From the human T2T-CHM13v2.0 reference genome, Homo sapiens, in assembly GCF_009914755.1 (NCBI RefSeq), contig NC_060936.1: DNA of 64,000 bases. One strand, given 5' to 3'. The notes beneath the pieces are model-generated. The model did not search any database, had not been told where the DNA came from, and saw only the letters and a list, made by a program, of their open reading frames with translations. Position numbers and translations under genes: made by a program. The number at the start of each line of letters is the position of its first letter. Positions within the stretch are counted from its first letter, which is position 1. Positions 38,804 to 55,862 of this stretch are shown in pieces.

Positions 38804-39116
38804 GGTCAAGTGCAGTAGTTCACACCTGTATTCCCAATATTTTGGGAGGCCAAGTTAGGAGAATCACTTGAGGCCAGGAATTTGAGACGAGTATAGGCAA
38901 CATAACAAGACCCCATCTCTAAAAAAAAAAAGAAAATAGCAAAATTAGCTGGACAAGGTGGTTCATGCCTATAGCCTCAGCTACTCTGCAGGCTGAGGTG
39001 GGAAGATTGCTTGAGCCTAGAAGTTCAAGGCTGCAGTAAGCTGTGATTATACCACTGCACCCCAGCCTGGGTGACAGAGTAAGGCCTTGTCTCAATAAAT
39101 AAATAGATAAATAAAT
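38804..39116 (+). mobile_element. Alu (AluJ)
   Basis: gaagttcaaggctgcagtaagctgtgat J-type diagnostics; AAAT tail. Confidence 0.9.
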
Positions 39117-39459
39117 ACTTCTATCTTTTGGGTTGCAGAGTCCCTCTTTGTACAAGGAAGGAATGGGAGATAATTCATGGGGCAAAGATGCATTCTTGAG
39201 GGTAATAGCCTGTGATACAGCACAAGACACAGGCTGCAGAGGACACGCAGGTGGAATCTGAGACCCTGAGAGTCAACCACCCTTCCCCCACTAGCTGGCT
39301 CCCCATTGGTCAGGTAGAGAAGTGAGGTGAGGTATATGACAAACGCTTCTCCACCATAACACCATTACATTAGTGTAAAAAGCACTTGATAATTTGTTAA
39401 CAGTATTTGATTAATGTCTGGAGTCCTGATTTTGATAATCGCATTGTGGTTAGGAAGCA

Positions 39460-39577
39460 GGATTGCAGACGGGTAGCACCCTTTCTGCCAAAAGTAAAAT
39501 TACCTTGCTGAGAAAAGTTTTTGTCTGAATGCTGATTCTTCCTTGCAGCACAGAAGAATAAGCAGTTAATTCCAACA
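39460..39577 (+). mobile_element. LTR10-like 3' terminal fragment
   Basis: cacc ctttctgccaaaagtaaaattaccttgctgagaaa...ttccaaca resembles LTR10 R/U5. Confidence 0.45.
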
Positions 39578-41381
39578 TTTTCCCATCAAATGGAGACCTG
39601 CGTGGCCTTTGGTTTAGCTTAAGGGATGATGTCTCCTCAAGCATGCAAGCAGGAACCAGTGTTTCCATTGCTTCTCTCCATCATCTCCATATCCTCCTAG
39701 TCCACATGGTGCTGCTGGTGTGTCATGGGCCTACTTCTGCACCCCATAACTTCCTCTGCCCCCTTGCATGGCTGCTGCAAGCAGCTCCTACTTGCTTTCC
39801 TGGACTTCCATTTTACCTCCTTTCAGCTCCTCCAAATCCCCAGCAGAAAACCATGTGTAAGACACTAATCTAATCATATTGCTTATCTGATTATTTCCAT
39901 AAAACATTTTCCTACCATTTTAAGAATAAATCCAAATACCCTACTGTATCTGAAGCCCAACCTGACCTCTGGGCACTCACTGTCCACATCCCATATCCCA
40001 GCTGTAAGTGGGTATGTTGTTCTTACACGGGCAGTGTCTGCTACTTATCTCAGTGTTCACCTCCAGCTTTGGTTCTTCCAGAAACAGACCCTGAGGCACA
40101 GGTTCAAGTGATGAGTGTTTATTTGAGAAGTTCAGGAAAGACTAGACAAGAAGTGGGAACCTGGTAGAATAAGAGAAAGAGATGTCAGAGGGTGCTCTCT
40201 CTGGCCAGCAACCACAGGGATCACCAGATCTTTGGGTGAGGAAGTGTCAGGAAAAACTGCAGCAGACTTGTCTCAGAATTTTCCCATCTGAGCTGTGAGG
40301 GACCTGGGGTACTTATACTCCACCCACTAAGAGTGATTCATGAGGGGCTGCTCCTAGGGACAGGTTCCTATTATTCTTCAGATGTCTCACCCACCCAACA
40401 GTCAGATAGTTGACTTTTTCACAGTTGTGGGTAGGAGGGCAGACGTAAGGCACAGAAGCACATGTATGAGAAGTTATAAGTTCATAGTAGAGTCGAATAT
40501 TCACATGGAATGTTTCAAAAGCTATAGATAGGGTGGCCCACTGGGAATATCTGATATACCTTCTGTCCCTGTTCTCTCAAGACCCATCTTCAGCTCCTTT
40601 GCCTGGCCTATTTTTTATTGTCTTTTGTGCCTCATTTTGTGTGTTAACTCCTGAGGGCAGACTTCTCTGGCCTCCAGCATCCTGGCTTAGCTGCCACTGC
40701 TGTAGTGTCTCAAGCGCTCACTGCTGTCTCTCCCTCACAGCCCTGACTGCACTGCATTGTGACTGTCTGTGAATGTGGTGGTGGTTCCGCCAGACTACAT
40801 ACCGACTGAGGGCTAGGGCTGCCAGATTCGCATAGATGCCTAAATCTGAATTTCACACAAACAATGAATATATTTTTAGTCTACAGCACGCCCTGTGTAT
40901 ATGCTATACATGTGGCACCTATTGAGAGTCTTATGGTATCTGACAGAAAACAGGTACTAATTTTAATGAATGATTAAACAGAACATGCAAAGCAGCATAT
41001 AGCTAATGTAACTGAAAACAGATGTACATCTGATCCTATGGCAAGCCTCTGTTACCCCAGCCAAAGTGAAGCCTGCACAACTATCATTTTTTTTGCAGAG
41101 TGACAAGACATTTAATGTGCGCTAACTTCAGGCAACACATTGGCTATCTGTCAGGTGCCATAGTCCTCTATCAGGGCATTCAAATGGAACCTGTACAGCA
41201 GCCAAGGCAATGAAACTGCAAAAAGCTGATGGGATGAGGAGATTGAGATCTAAACATCCACATGTTTCATGACCCTTTGTATTAAATCATTTATGGGAAT
41301 GACTGTGTTGCTAAATTTAACAGAGTGTAACAATAGTCAGTAGTCTCATAATGATTATTTCCCTCCTCACTTGATTGGTTA

Positions 41382-41681
<300 letters not shown>

Positions 41682-41979
41682 TTATTAGGAGACAGTTCAC
41701 GAGAGTATCTGGTGCAGGCTCCTGCTTTGACAAAACGCAATAGAGGACACAGAAGTGGAGGAAATTAAACAGACAAACACGGACAATGTGAGACCAGAAA
41801 ATGAACTGTTTCCACTGTCTGATCATTTCATTAGGGAATTGACTTCATCCCCAAGCCTGAAGCCGTTTTACTCATCTCCCATTTTCCCAGTCTCTCTCAT
41901 ACACAGACACACCCTATGCCACAGTCTCTTGCCAAAGAGTTACAAATCCATTTGGCTTCCAGGCCACGAAGACAACTGA

Positions 41980-42703
<724 letters not shown>

Positions 42704-43010
42704 AACTATTCACAGCAAAATTGAGTGGAAGGTACAGAGATTCCCCATATCCCTCCTCTCCCCGCACAGGCACAGCCTCCCTCATTCTCAGCATCCCTCA
42801 CCAGAGTAGTCTACTTGTTACAATGGATAAGCTTATATTAACAAGTCATTATGACCCAACCTCCATAACTGCCATTAGGGTTCACTCCTGGTGGTGTCCA
42901 TTCTGTGGATTTGGAGAAATTTATAGTGTATCCACCAGTGTAGTAACATACAGACTACCTTCACTGTCCTAAAAATCCTCTGTGCACTGCCTATTCATTT
43001 CTCTCTCTAG
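42704..43010 (-). mobile_element. L1MD-like 3' end
   Basis: ttcacagcaaaattgagtggaaggtacagagattccc...actgtcctaaaaatcctctgtgc. Confidence 0.7.
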
Positions 43011-43926
43011 TTTTTACTGCATCCAAAGATGGATAAGACGTAGCCATATTTTCTCACTTTCGGAGAAAATCCTGGGACCTAAAAGTGAAATCCCACAATT
43101 TTTGAATCTCTCGAGCCCAGACCTGTGCTCACAGCAGTCCCCATGACATCCTACCTGACACCCAGCTCCTGCTTAATCCCCACTTAAAACTTGGCCTAGC
43201 CCACTCTAGCCAGTTCAGCCCTCAGGGAACCCCCCTGCCTCTGTTTTCCAAACTACCCCATGCACCAGTCATGGGGAATTTATCCCAGATTCTCATCACC
43301 ACGAATGGCAACTATCCGTATCAGTCATTGTACAGACACTGCCTCATATATATTTATACATTTACTTAGTTATGTATGTCATATTTCAAAAGATTATGAT
43401 GATTTAAAAATAATATCCAAACAACATGCTTTGTCTATAGAGTTTAATTTGAACAGAACAATTGGAGAGGATAATTATCAGGAGTGTTTCTGTTAAGACC
43501 TAAGCTAAGGGCTTTCTTTTCTTTTTCACTTAATCCAACCTCATCATAATCCCAGGAGGAAGTTACCACTACAATCCTTATTCTTTGGGGAAACTGAGTC
43601 CAAGGGAAGTGACACCTCAAGTGGCTACACAGGTAGTGAATATCAGAGCTTGAGTTTAAATCCAGGTTGTGGGGAATTCTAAAAAAATGTCCTTAAGAAG
43701 CATTTGGGTGAAAGGATAACTTGTGGAGTGCTGAGACTTTCTCAGATCCAACATAAGGCTCCAAAAACCGTGAACATGTCCCAGAATCTAGAAACGGGAG
43801 AAGCCAGTGGTTTGCAGTGAGCCTTCCTCAGGTATACTTACGGTGCCTATAGGCTAAATCAATACCAACATCTCTTTTCAGGAACATCCTTGGCTCTTTT
43901 CACTTATTTGTTAAGTATCTTCTTCC

Positions 43927-44445
<519 letters not shown>

Positions 44446-44541
44446 TAAACCTAAACTCAATCCTTCATGAGGGGAAGTATCAGGTATCATGATAACATAA
44501 TAATCTTGATTGAAGTATAACAAACACACATGAAAACACTG

Positions 44542-45074
44542 TGTATTAATCAGGGTTCCCTAATAGGATAGATGTATATATGGAAGGGAGTTTATTAAGT
44601 ATTGACTCACACGATCACAAGGTGAAGTCCCACCATAGGCCGTCTGCAAGCTGAGAAGCCAGGAAGCCAGTCCAAGTCCCAAAACCTCAAAAACTGGGAA
44701 GCCGACAGTGCAGCCTTCAGTCTGCGGCCAAAGGCCCGAGAGCCCCTGGCAAACCACGGGTGTTAAGTTCAAGAGTCCAAAAGCTGAAGAAGTTGGAGTC
44801 TGATGTTCAAGGGCAGGAAGCATCCAGCAGAGGAGAAAGATGAAGGCTGGAAGACTCAGCAAGTCAAGTCCTTCCAACTTCTTCTGCCTGCTGTATTCTA
44901 GCCACACTGGCAGCTGATTGGATGGTGCCCATCCAGATTGAGGGTGGGTCCGCCTCTCCCAGTCCACTGACTCAAATGTCAGCCTCTTTTGGTGACACCC
45001 TCACAGACACACCCAGGAACAATACTTTGCGTCCTTCAGTCCAATCAAGTTCACACTCAGTATTCACCATCAGA
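44542..45074 (-). mobile_element. MLT2A (HERV-L) solo LTR
   Basis: tgtattaatcagggttc...cacccaggaacaatactttgc...ccatcaga; 5-bp TSD CACTG at 44537-44541 and 45075-45079. Confidence 0.9.
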
Positions 45075-45809
45075 CACTGTGGTAAGTGTTCTTGCCTTAA
45101 TCACAGTTTCACATTACGATGCACAGGGGCCATAACCTGGACTAATGTGACCACAGAGAGCTTTGTCTGGCCCAATTCATGTTTAATGTCTTCACGAAGA
45201 GAGCCCATGCTCTTCAGGCACCGCAAGCCTCACCAGCTCATCATGCACTTGCAGTCACTTGGGTTGCGCACTTGGTACCAGTAGGTATTTGCTTTTGGAA
45301 TGCCTGGAACTTTTGTGAGGACTGTGTATTTTCTGTCTCTCTCTATATAGAGGTGCTAATATCTGATTAGCACCTCTATATGTATATAGAGGCAGAAATA
45401 TCTGATTAGGTTTTTTATTTCTAATCTGAGGATTGAATTTAAATATCCTTCAAGAAAGAGCAGACAGATATAAGTTATCAGTGACTCGTAGTTATTTGTA
45501 GCTATTGGGAAGACTCATTCTTTGATGGTTCAGAGAAGGCACTGTGCCTTTTTCAGAACTCGGCTGCTGAGTTAAGTTCTCATGTGGAGGCTGACATCTG
45601 GTGAAAGATGTCACACCCGTGGGAAGGAGATACATATACCAAACTCAAGCCCACCATCTGTTAAGTGCAGAAGTGGCTTCAGTGCATTAAGGAGACTTCA
45701 CCTATGCGTCTTTCTACAGAAGGAAAGTGAGCCTGATGCTAAACAATGGTATGTATGATACAGGGTGCTACAAATGGAAGCTTCAGCTGGGCATCAAGAG
45801 TGTAGGTAG

Positions 45810-46153
<344 letters not shown>

Positions 46154-47385
46154 TCACAGGCCATCTCTTTACAACCACTTAATATTTACAAGTGTGTCCC
46201 AGTTTCCAGAGTATGAAAGAAGGGTCCTAAGAACCAGTCTCAATAAGGAAAATTAGATTAGATTTAGCTCATTTGATGCATCTCTACTTTGTTCCTGCTT
46301 CTGGGAAGAGAGGGACTTATTAAAGTCTAGCATAAATCTGGTAAGAGCTGGCATATTCAATTTAGTAATTATTATTAATATAAATGATTATTAATAAATG
46401 AGAGTTTTGTAACTTAGTAAGAAGGTAGGAAACCATTTGTTTCCTATTGAGGATAATTAACCATGAAGGGAATAATTATAGACCTCATAAGTGAAAATCA
46501 AATTAATTTTATATAATTTTTATTTTGTATAGTTTTATGCTCAGAGAAGTATAAAATTTCTACTTATTAGTTTTTTGTAAATAAGAACAAGAAACCTGAA
46601 ACTGTTCAATAATATAATAATGTTATAAAGATTACATTTAATCTTTTATTTAAATTCTACATTATGGACAGTTGGGAAGAAAATGAGGATAAAAGATTCA
46701 GAGACTCAGAGAATCAGGATGGGGTTTACAGAAGAGCTGGGAGTCTGGAGATTTGGGTCCATCTAGTCTGGGCTCCATGATGAGAAATCTTCATGGAGTC
46801 ATTCCTACTGCGCAAAAAGAGTTTTAAACTCGTTGGCCGCTTTGGTATCATCTATCTGTGAATTAGAATCAGAAGGGAGAGAGGAAGAGTTAGTTTAATG
46901 ACACTCTCTCAATTATTGATACAAATAGAAAATAAACAAAAGTATAACAAACTTGAACAACTCAATTAAATTGGACTCAAATGATCGTTATTGGACCCTC
47001 CACCTAACAAGATCAGCGCACATATTCTTCTCAAGTACTCATGAATCATTTCCCAATATAGAACATATTCTGGCCCGTAATAAAGCTTCAAGAAATTTAA
47101 AAGGATTTGAATAATATAAATTTTATTATCTGACCAACATGGACATAAATTAGAAATCAGTAACAGAAAGACCTACAAAAAACTTCCAGATATTTGGAAA
47201 TCAAACAGCACAATTTTAAGAAACTTAAATCAGAAACTGGAAAGCATTTTGAATTAAATGGAATGAAATGGAAATGAAATGCAACATATCAATATTCGTA
47301 GGACATGGCTAAAACATTACTTGGGAAAAGTTGTTTCATGAAAATTTGTGTGACTCTGCCAAAATCAGAAAAGTTGTTTTTGTTT

Positions 47386-47694
47386 CTTTTTTTTTTTTTT
47401 TTTTTTGAGATAGGATCTTGGTCTGCTTCCCAGGCTGGAATGCAGTGGCATGGTCACAGCTCACTGCAGCCTCAATTCCTGGGCTCAAGTGATCCTCCCA
47501 CTTCAGCCTCCAGAGTAGCTGGGACCACAAGCATGTGCCACCATGCACAGCTATTTTTTGAATTTTTATTTCTGTAGGAACAGGGCCTTGATATGTTGCC
47601 TAGGCTGATCTCCAACTCTTGGCCTCAAGTGATTCTCCTGCCTCAGTCTCCCAAAATGCTGGGATTATAGGCATGAGCTATTGCAGTACCTGGG
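47386..47694 (-). mobile_element. Alu (AluJ)
   Basis: gctcactgcagcctcaattcctgggctcaagtgatcctccc. Confidence 0.9.
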
Positions 47695-48164
47695 CAAAAT
47701 TTACTGGAAAAAAAGTCTGTGTTAGAAAAGAAGTAGGGCCGGGTGCAAATTAATGACCTAAACTTTCACCTTCAGAAATAATCCCAAACAGAGAAAGGGA
47801 AATAAGAAAGAAGGGCGAATAAAACCCAAAGTAAGCAGAAGAAAAGAAAGAAAAAAGATCAAAGTGAAAACAAATAAAATTGAAGAGAAAAGCAATAGAT
47901 AAAAATTAAAGAAAAAAAACCTAGTTCTTTAAGAAAAATTGAAAGCCCTCAGTCAGATTTACCAAGAAGCAAAGAGAGAGAGAGAAGACAGAACTTGGCA
48001 ATGTGCAGGACTAGAGAGGTCATTTCGCTGCAGATTCTACAGACGGTAAAATAATAAAAATGAAACATGGTGAACCCCAAGCCTATAAATGCACGCACTT
48101 AGTTGTAATACGTAAATTCTTTGAAAGACAAACTACCAAAGCACACTCAAAAATAAATGTATTA

Positions 48165-48471
<307 letters not shown>

Positions 48472-49644
48472 TTAATATCTGAGTTTATTAAAGAAATTTA
48501 AGATAAACCTTCCCACAAAGCAGCCAGATGGCTCCACTGGTGAATTCTACCATATGTTAAGAATGTTAAGAATAAATAAATATACAAATAAATAATAGCA
48601 ATTCTACTCAATGTCTTCTAGAAAACTGAAGAGGAGAAGACATTTACTGGCCAATGAATTCCATGAGAGCAGCATTATTTTTATACCAAAATCTGCCATA
48701 GATAAAATAAGAATGACAGCTGTAGATTCATATCCTTAATATAGATGCAAAAGTTCTGAACAAAATGTAATTCAATAATATATATAAGCAATATATAATT
48801 TATCATGGCCTAGTATGGTTTACTCCAGTAATACAAGGTGTTTTTTAACTTCTGAATATCAATCAGGGATAAATTTATTAACAGACTGAAAAACAGAAAC
48901 AAATATAACTATTTTTTTAAAAAGTAGGAATTGCATTTGGCAAAATCCAACATCTATTTCTGTTAAAAAGCAAATGAACAAACAAGAAATACTCAGTAAA
49001 CTTGTAATAGGAAATAAATGATTTCCCAAGTGAGTAAAGAATATTTACAGAAATACTCCAGCTAATATCATCCTTACAGGTAAAAGACAGTTTTACTTAG
49101 CGGTAGTTTTTACTCAGAGATAAAAGACCCTTAAGGTGGTGAGCAAGTCAATGATGCCAGCTCTGACTAATAGTTTATTCAACATTGTCCAGGAGATTCT
49201 ACTCAGAGAAATAAGGCAAGAAAACAGAAGGAAAAGACTTGAAAATATGTCTTTATTTCACAAAAGATCTCCTGGAACTCATCAGTGAGTTTTAAAATGT
49301 TGCCAGATACAATATTTTGAAAATCCATTGTATGTCTATTAGCAATAGACAATTCAAATTTAAAGAAACGGCTAGCATTTAAAATGGAATAAAAATATGT
49401 GTAAGAGAGGAATAAACCTGACAAAAGATGCATAAATTCTGTACAGCATGTGAAACACCACACAGAACCAGCCTCCTCTGTGGCACCTGCCAGAGTGAAC
49501 ACAGCTTGTCACTTGCCTCCTCTGATTCCAGATCTTGCCTGCTCCTCAGACCCTGAGAATTAATCAAGGTTCTCCAGAAATGAGCCCCTATGAGCCTCTG
49601 AAGGCCTCACTCTGGTCTTCCTGGTCCATACCCTTTCACCTTCC

Positions 49645-50060
49645 GTTAGACTCCAGGGGCTGCCTTAACAACATACCACAAATAAAGTGGCTTCAAAGAA
49701 CAGATCTTCATTTTCTCACAGTTCTTGAGGCCAAAACTCTGAAATCAGTGTTGGTTCCTGCTGAGGCTGTGCTGGGAACCTTCTCTAGGTCTGTTGTAGC
49801 CTCCGGGGAGTGCTGGAGACCCTTGACCTTCCTTGGCTTGGAGATGTGTCACTCCAATTTCTGCTTTCATCTTCACCAGACCTTCTCCCTGGGTCTTCCC
49901 ACGACTGTCTTCTTATGAAGGACACCAGGCATATTGGATTAGGGGCTCCTCCTACTCTAGTGTGACTACATCAGAACAAATTATATGTGAAAGGACTCTA
50001 TTTCCAAATAAAGTCACATTCTGGGGTACTGGATTTAGAACTTTAACAGTTTTTTTTTTC
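49645..50060 (-). mobile_element. MLT1 (MaLR) LTR
   Basis: ggggctgccttaaacaacataccac...ctatttccaaataaagtcacattctggggtactgg. Confidence 0.75.
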
Positions 50061-52464
50061 TTTTTTTGCGGATACAATCCAAGGCATGACACCTTCCATA
50101 CACCAATGATATCGTGGGGTTTCACTTGACCACTTCCACTGGGCATGGTTGGACAGTCTGGGGCAGCAGTGGCCTGGGTTTGAGTGACTTCTTGTTCTGC
50201 CTCTTACAGGTTTAGTGAATCTAGACAGATCATTATTCTTCTCTGGGCCCTCTTTCCTGACGTCTATGAAATGGGTGTGAACGCTGTTTCATCCTTCTAG
50301 GATTGTTATAGTGATGAAGTAATGAAGTCACTTCATGGGCAATTCCTATAATCCTATCCCAATGAGTGTTATTAATTCTAGTCATTATCCATCAAGACAC
50401 TGTTCAGATTTATGTCTAGTTTTTACTTTCCATGATAACCTGCCTTTTCTAATTTATTGATCGTTTCAAAAGGCATCTATGGCAATGTGTGTTCAACTGT
50501 CCTATAGCCTCATTGTCACTGGTCTATGAATCTGTCGCTGAGGGCATTCTCGAAACTCTCAAAAACAGGATCTAAACCTTGCTCTACCATACCTACCCAG
50601 AACCTTGTATTTGGCAGCTTTAGCAAGGGTTTGGCAAATTAAGTTCAGAAAATGTACGGACAAATTCTAGAGAGATTATTTCAAAAGCCAACATCGAACA
50701 AGACAGGCAATGGTTCCATGGCTTCCCGCTGACTTAGGAAAAAGACAAAGCTCTTTGATATAGCTGACAAAAATCCATGTAGCCCAATTCCCACTTTTCT
50801 CTCTGGTTAAGGTCCCCAAGTTCCCATTCACACTCATCTTTGTGCATCGCTGGCCTTGCCTTGTCTTTCATACTCACTATGCTCTCTCCTTTCCCAGGAC
50901 GTTGGCATAGGTTGCTCCCTCTGTTCTGAACCCTCAACTCCTGCTTTCACCTGGTAAATGCTTCTGTATCCTTCAGGCTCCAAGTCAAATGTGAGGTCCT
51001 CAGAAGCCATCCCAACATCCTGGAGTGTGTCAATTCCACCATTTCATGGTCCTCCTCTGCATAGACTTGTAGGTGCTGTAATTTTCCATATGGTTATGGG
51101 ACTATCTCTCTCCCGTAGCCTGCACAGGCAGAGAGGCAGGGACTGGCTTCCTTATTCCACACTGTGCCCCTCTGTGACCATTACATATTAAAAAAAGGTT
51201 TCATTTGTTAATTAATTAGCACCAGAACACATGTGAGCATATTTTACTTTAATATTACCCTTTAGTGGATTACATTAAAAAAGTTTTAGAAACAAATAAA
51301 AAAATGTAAATAATTCCTGATTTTATGTGACACCTAAGGAGATGCATCTATGCTCAAGAATATGTTGCTAAATATTATAAAAGAATAATGAAAAATGTGC
51401 CCTTTTTTCTAATTATACATATATCACATAAAATATATAAACATACATATTTTCTAATTATATTTATGTATATATACACCATTCATACGGTCATGCATAT
51501 ATGTATGTATATATGAAAGAAAAAGATAAAAGACATTTTTATAAGTTATCTTAAGGAAAGGGTTATTTGAACTAGATAGCCAACAAGGTTTTGTAAGACC
51601 ATGAAAACCATCAAATATATGCCTTCTTTTGAAGATTACACATCTCTGTTTTTTATCTTGTCTCATCATTTTAACTTAATGTTGTGGTCCTAGTCAATAT
51701 TTATTGTCTATTAAATATGTATCTCACACAAAGACAATCTTAGCTCACACCAAGTACATATCAAATTTAATAAGGGGCTACTGGTAGCTGGGGATTCATT
51801 ACCATGGCATGAGTTTTTATATCCAGATGTGGGAAACACAATCATTAAAAATAAATCATCATATGTATTTACATTAAATGGCAACTAAAATACCTAAAAA
51901 TATAGTTTTCTCATAAAGATTAAATGAGATAATAAGGGAACTATCTTATTAATTTGGGTCACCAACATTTTAACGTAATGTAACACTATGTACACTAAAC
52001 TAATCATGAGCCATTAATGGTGTGGAATTTTAAAATGCTACACCATCCTATTAAACATTACTGGTAACACTGATAGAACCAGACACAGCTTGAACTTCTG
52101 CTCTAACACTTCTTATGCCTGCATGACAATGTCATTATAGTAAAGATAGTTTTATAGGATTGATTTTATACAAATGTGAAGCCTCATAAGGCCCCAGGCT
52201 GCAATCATCAGTATGAAGAGTTTACCACAATGCTTCTGTTATATTTTAATATAGATAAGTCGTTGTCACACTGTGTTCCATGGACCCATAGTTTCCACAG
52301 CAGACCTGCTTTTTTTAGGGGAAGAACAAAATGGGTGGTGAAGGGTGAGCATCAGGTTGAGTTGGGTTCATGAGTTCCTGCCTGGAGCAGCTACCCTTTT
52401 GTCTGGGGATTCAGATAAAAGAGGAATGCAATTGGTAGAATGTCATCTATGACAGACGAGGTAT

Positions 52465-52900
52465 ATCTTCTAGGCTGTGTTTGACTATAAACAACAGAAA
52501 ACCTAAGTCTGAGTGATTTAAAACAAAAAGACATTTGTTCTTCACTTAATGAAATGTCCGGTAGTGGCTACCTCATGGTTGGCTTAGTAATAATTAAAAG
52601 ATGTTATTAGAAATGCAGGCTCCTTCCACTGTTTCACTCTAACATGCTCAACTTGTTATTTCCTCTCTAATGCTCAATGCCTCACAGTCCCAAAGGGGTT
52701 GCCTCAGCTCCAGGCATCACATCATCACAGACAGCATACAATGCAGTACTGAATGTGATACAGGAGAAAAAGATAGCCTATGCATTAAAAAAAATAAGTG
52801 AAGGATTTTTCTCCAGAGCTCCCAGTTCTGACTTATGTCCCATTGTCCAGAAATAAGTCAGATGTGGCCCCACAGTCACTGGGAACAGCACTGCAGTAAC
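52465..52900 (-). mobile_element. Old MLT1-type LTR remnant
   Basis: gactataaaacaacagaaaacctaagtctgagtgatttaaaacaaaaag...ctccaggcatcacatc. Confidence 0.5.
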
Positions 52901-55862
52901 GATCAGACCAGTCTTGTTAGATCCTCTGGGTTGGGAATATGACTGGCCCAATAACATCAGGTTTAGGAAACTGGGAGACAGTGAGAATGGCTGCTGGTGT
53001 TGGCCAAAGGAGGATAACAGCTTTGGGCACAAGTTGGTTTTCTGCTGGGTGGGAGATAATGAAGAAAGTGCTCGTCTGGGAGTTTTGACTGTGAAAAGGT
53101 CCTATTAATGAGCACCAGTGAATTATTTTTAAAATTACCGCGGTTATCCTTTTTCCCTTACAAAGAAAAGCAATACAGGTGAAAATTAGCTACTTTCTTA
53201 ATCTAAACTTGAGATTTCCCAGAGATTCACCTTCTGGTCACCTCTAACCTAAAAATTGGCTCTTTGTATTAAACATGACTACCATAATGCCACATTGCTC
53301 TGTTAGCTGCCAAAGGGAGATGTTTAGAAGTGAAATGATAAGAATATTTTTTAATAAACTTTAATTTCAAAGTGTGGACAAATAGAATTCTTTCAAGATC
53401 CCCTGTGCAAATCAAGAACCTGGAAGGCAGTTTTAGGTAGAAGGAGGAAATTTTCTTTTACATTGAAAACAAAAAAAGCAAAAGCAAATGTAATTTTACT
53501 ACAATTTCTGTTGAGTTTTCCAGATTAAATCAATCATTTAGTGACAAATTATTTTTCGTAGTCATTTTTCATAGTCATTTAAGTCATTGATTGGGGTGGT
53601 TCACTGAAGTGCTGCCACAATTAAATATTTCACAATCAAGTCAAATAGATCCTTAACAATGATATGCAAAACCCACGTATTGTAGTGGTACTAACTTTGC
53701 AAAAACTGCATTCATTTATCATGGATGACTCAGACATGATGTGGAATTCGCTCATGTGCAATCAAGCCTACATGAGCTTATTTTGGTTACATTAATAGCT
53801 GAATCTCTGATGAGAGACACCAGGAAATAATAATCAAACTCATTCAGACTTTTCTGCTGTATATGTGAAGCTGCTCAGCAATGATTCATGCATTTGCAAC
53901 TTTTAGGAGAATAAAAAATATGATGTCATGTGAGGCATGAACCAATAAGGGTGGATAGAAATGGACACAAACTAATTACAGCAGTGAAGAGCAGGCTTTT
54001 CCATCAGCTTCCATTCCAATAAGCCAGAGGTTTGATATATGAGCAATTATGTTACTAGCTGGTGGAACTTCAACTTCTCCTCTGCAAATTAGTGAGCACT
54101 ATTCTTTTGCAAAACATTTTTATTCATTTGAAAATATTTTAATACATAGATATTTTTAAGTAAAAAAGTAGAAAATACAGATGAGATTAAAAATGGAATG
54201 TGATGAAATTTCTACCATCCAGGGAAATAATGTTCTTTACAAATAGCATTTCCAAAATATATCAAAAATACAAAATAGTCAGATGTAGTTTCTCTGCTTT
54301 CCTGCTGATTGGTCCTACTCCTGAGTTGACGTGATAAATGTATATTTTACAGACTGATGCCTCTGATGTGAGCTCAACCACAACCCTGTAGATACAACTT
54401 TAAAGCTTAGGACTCACTGTAGCTCTGTTCCTCTCTCATTCAGCATCATACACCATTCTGTAATTAGTCACAGGCCAAATCAACAACTTATAAATGTGCC
54501 GCTGGATTGAAATCAATAATCCATTAGCACAATGGATTCTCCAGCTTTCTCTAAATCTGGACAATGGTGGTGTTACTTTAAATGGTATCAGCTGGACACG
54601 TTTTGACCCCGAAAGCTGACCACTTGCAGGTGACCTCCTGCTGTTCACACAGAACATGGCTGGGCAAGGTTAGTGGTAAGAAACACTAGTTAAAGCTTGA
54701 GCAGCAAAGACTGCAACAACGCTTATTCAAAGAAATTGATTTATACTTCACAAAATCATTTCCTTTGGAAATAGGCAAGCAGGTGGCTGCAATTTATATT
54801 TGTTAAGTTTTCCCCTGCTGCTTTTATTTTTTTTTATCCTTACGGACAGCTTTTTAACAAAACTGCTAATGTACAAGTATTTATCCTTCTTGTTTTTTTT
54901 TTCTTCTATGTCCATTTCCTTCTCTGCCTTCATCATGGAAAGTTTTAATCAAAAATGTAAGCACTATCTACCAGAAACGAAATGAGCAAAATAATCAATG
55001 TATTTCCTTTTTTAAAATGTATATCTAAATAGATCACTTGTGGAAAATTATGAGTAAGGACCGATTATGATTCCACATTGTGGAGTTGTGCAATGTTTTC
55101 CTGCCAGGCCCTGAGCAATCATTATAATCAAAATTCTTTTTTTTTTTTTGAAAAACGGAAATGAAATTTCAAACTTTCTAAACAGTGCAAGATGGTGGCA
55201 GATAGTAGCTAATGCAAAAAGTTAATGGAAACTTAGATCCATAGATCACACTGAATAATTAGAAAAGAGGATGTGATCTCCCATTGCCTAGTAACTTTAT
55301 CACATCTTCTCCTCTTTCAGAGATATTGAAGAACCTAAGTTAGTGTTTGCAAAAGTAATGGCAAGATGAGAGCAGAATTAGTTGCTTTGCCTATACTTCT
55401 GAGGACAGCAGGAATGGACACCTCCCCTACCCTCATGCGGGTGGGACATCTTTGTGAAGCTTATATTTTCAAGGAAGAATCTTGAAAAAATATCTACGGC
55501 ACCCCAGCACCGTCATCACTCCTTCCTCAGATTTCACCCAGCTGCCCGCCTAAGCTAGCACATCTGCAGAGGTAACACTGACCCCAGCATGAATATAGAC
55601 CTCCAAGTGTGCTTCCTCTCAGCTGTATCTAGCCACACTGTTCTTCTACTGTTGGACTAGAGTCTCAACTACTGCCTGCAAGACTTCCCTGCTCCTGTCT
55701 TTCAGTCTGAACCCTGCTTACCACCAAGTGTCTACAGGGCATTAGGCAGGTCACCCAACTCCTTGTGCCTCCATCTCTGTATTCAGGATCCTGGAGTAGC
55801 TAATCTGTCAGTTCCTTCCACCTGGAGATGCCTGCTTATCATTTCAATAAGGCCATACCTTA

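Noticed and set aside
47255-47282. GGAAT satellite-like run
   Set aside because: Under 30 bp and explained by the L1 aatgaaaatgaaa motif.
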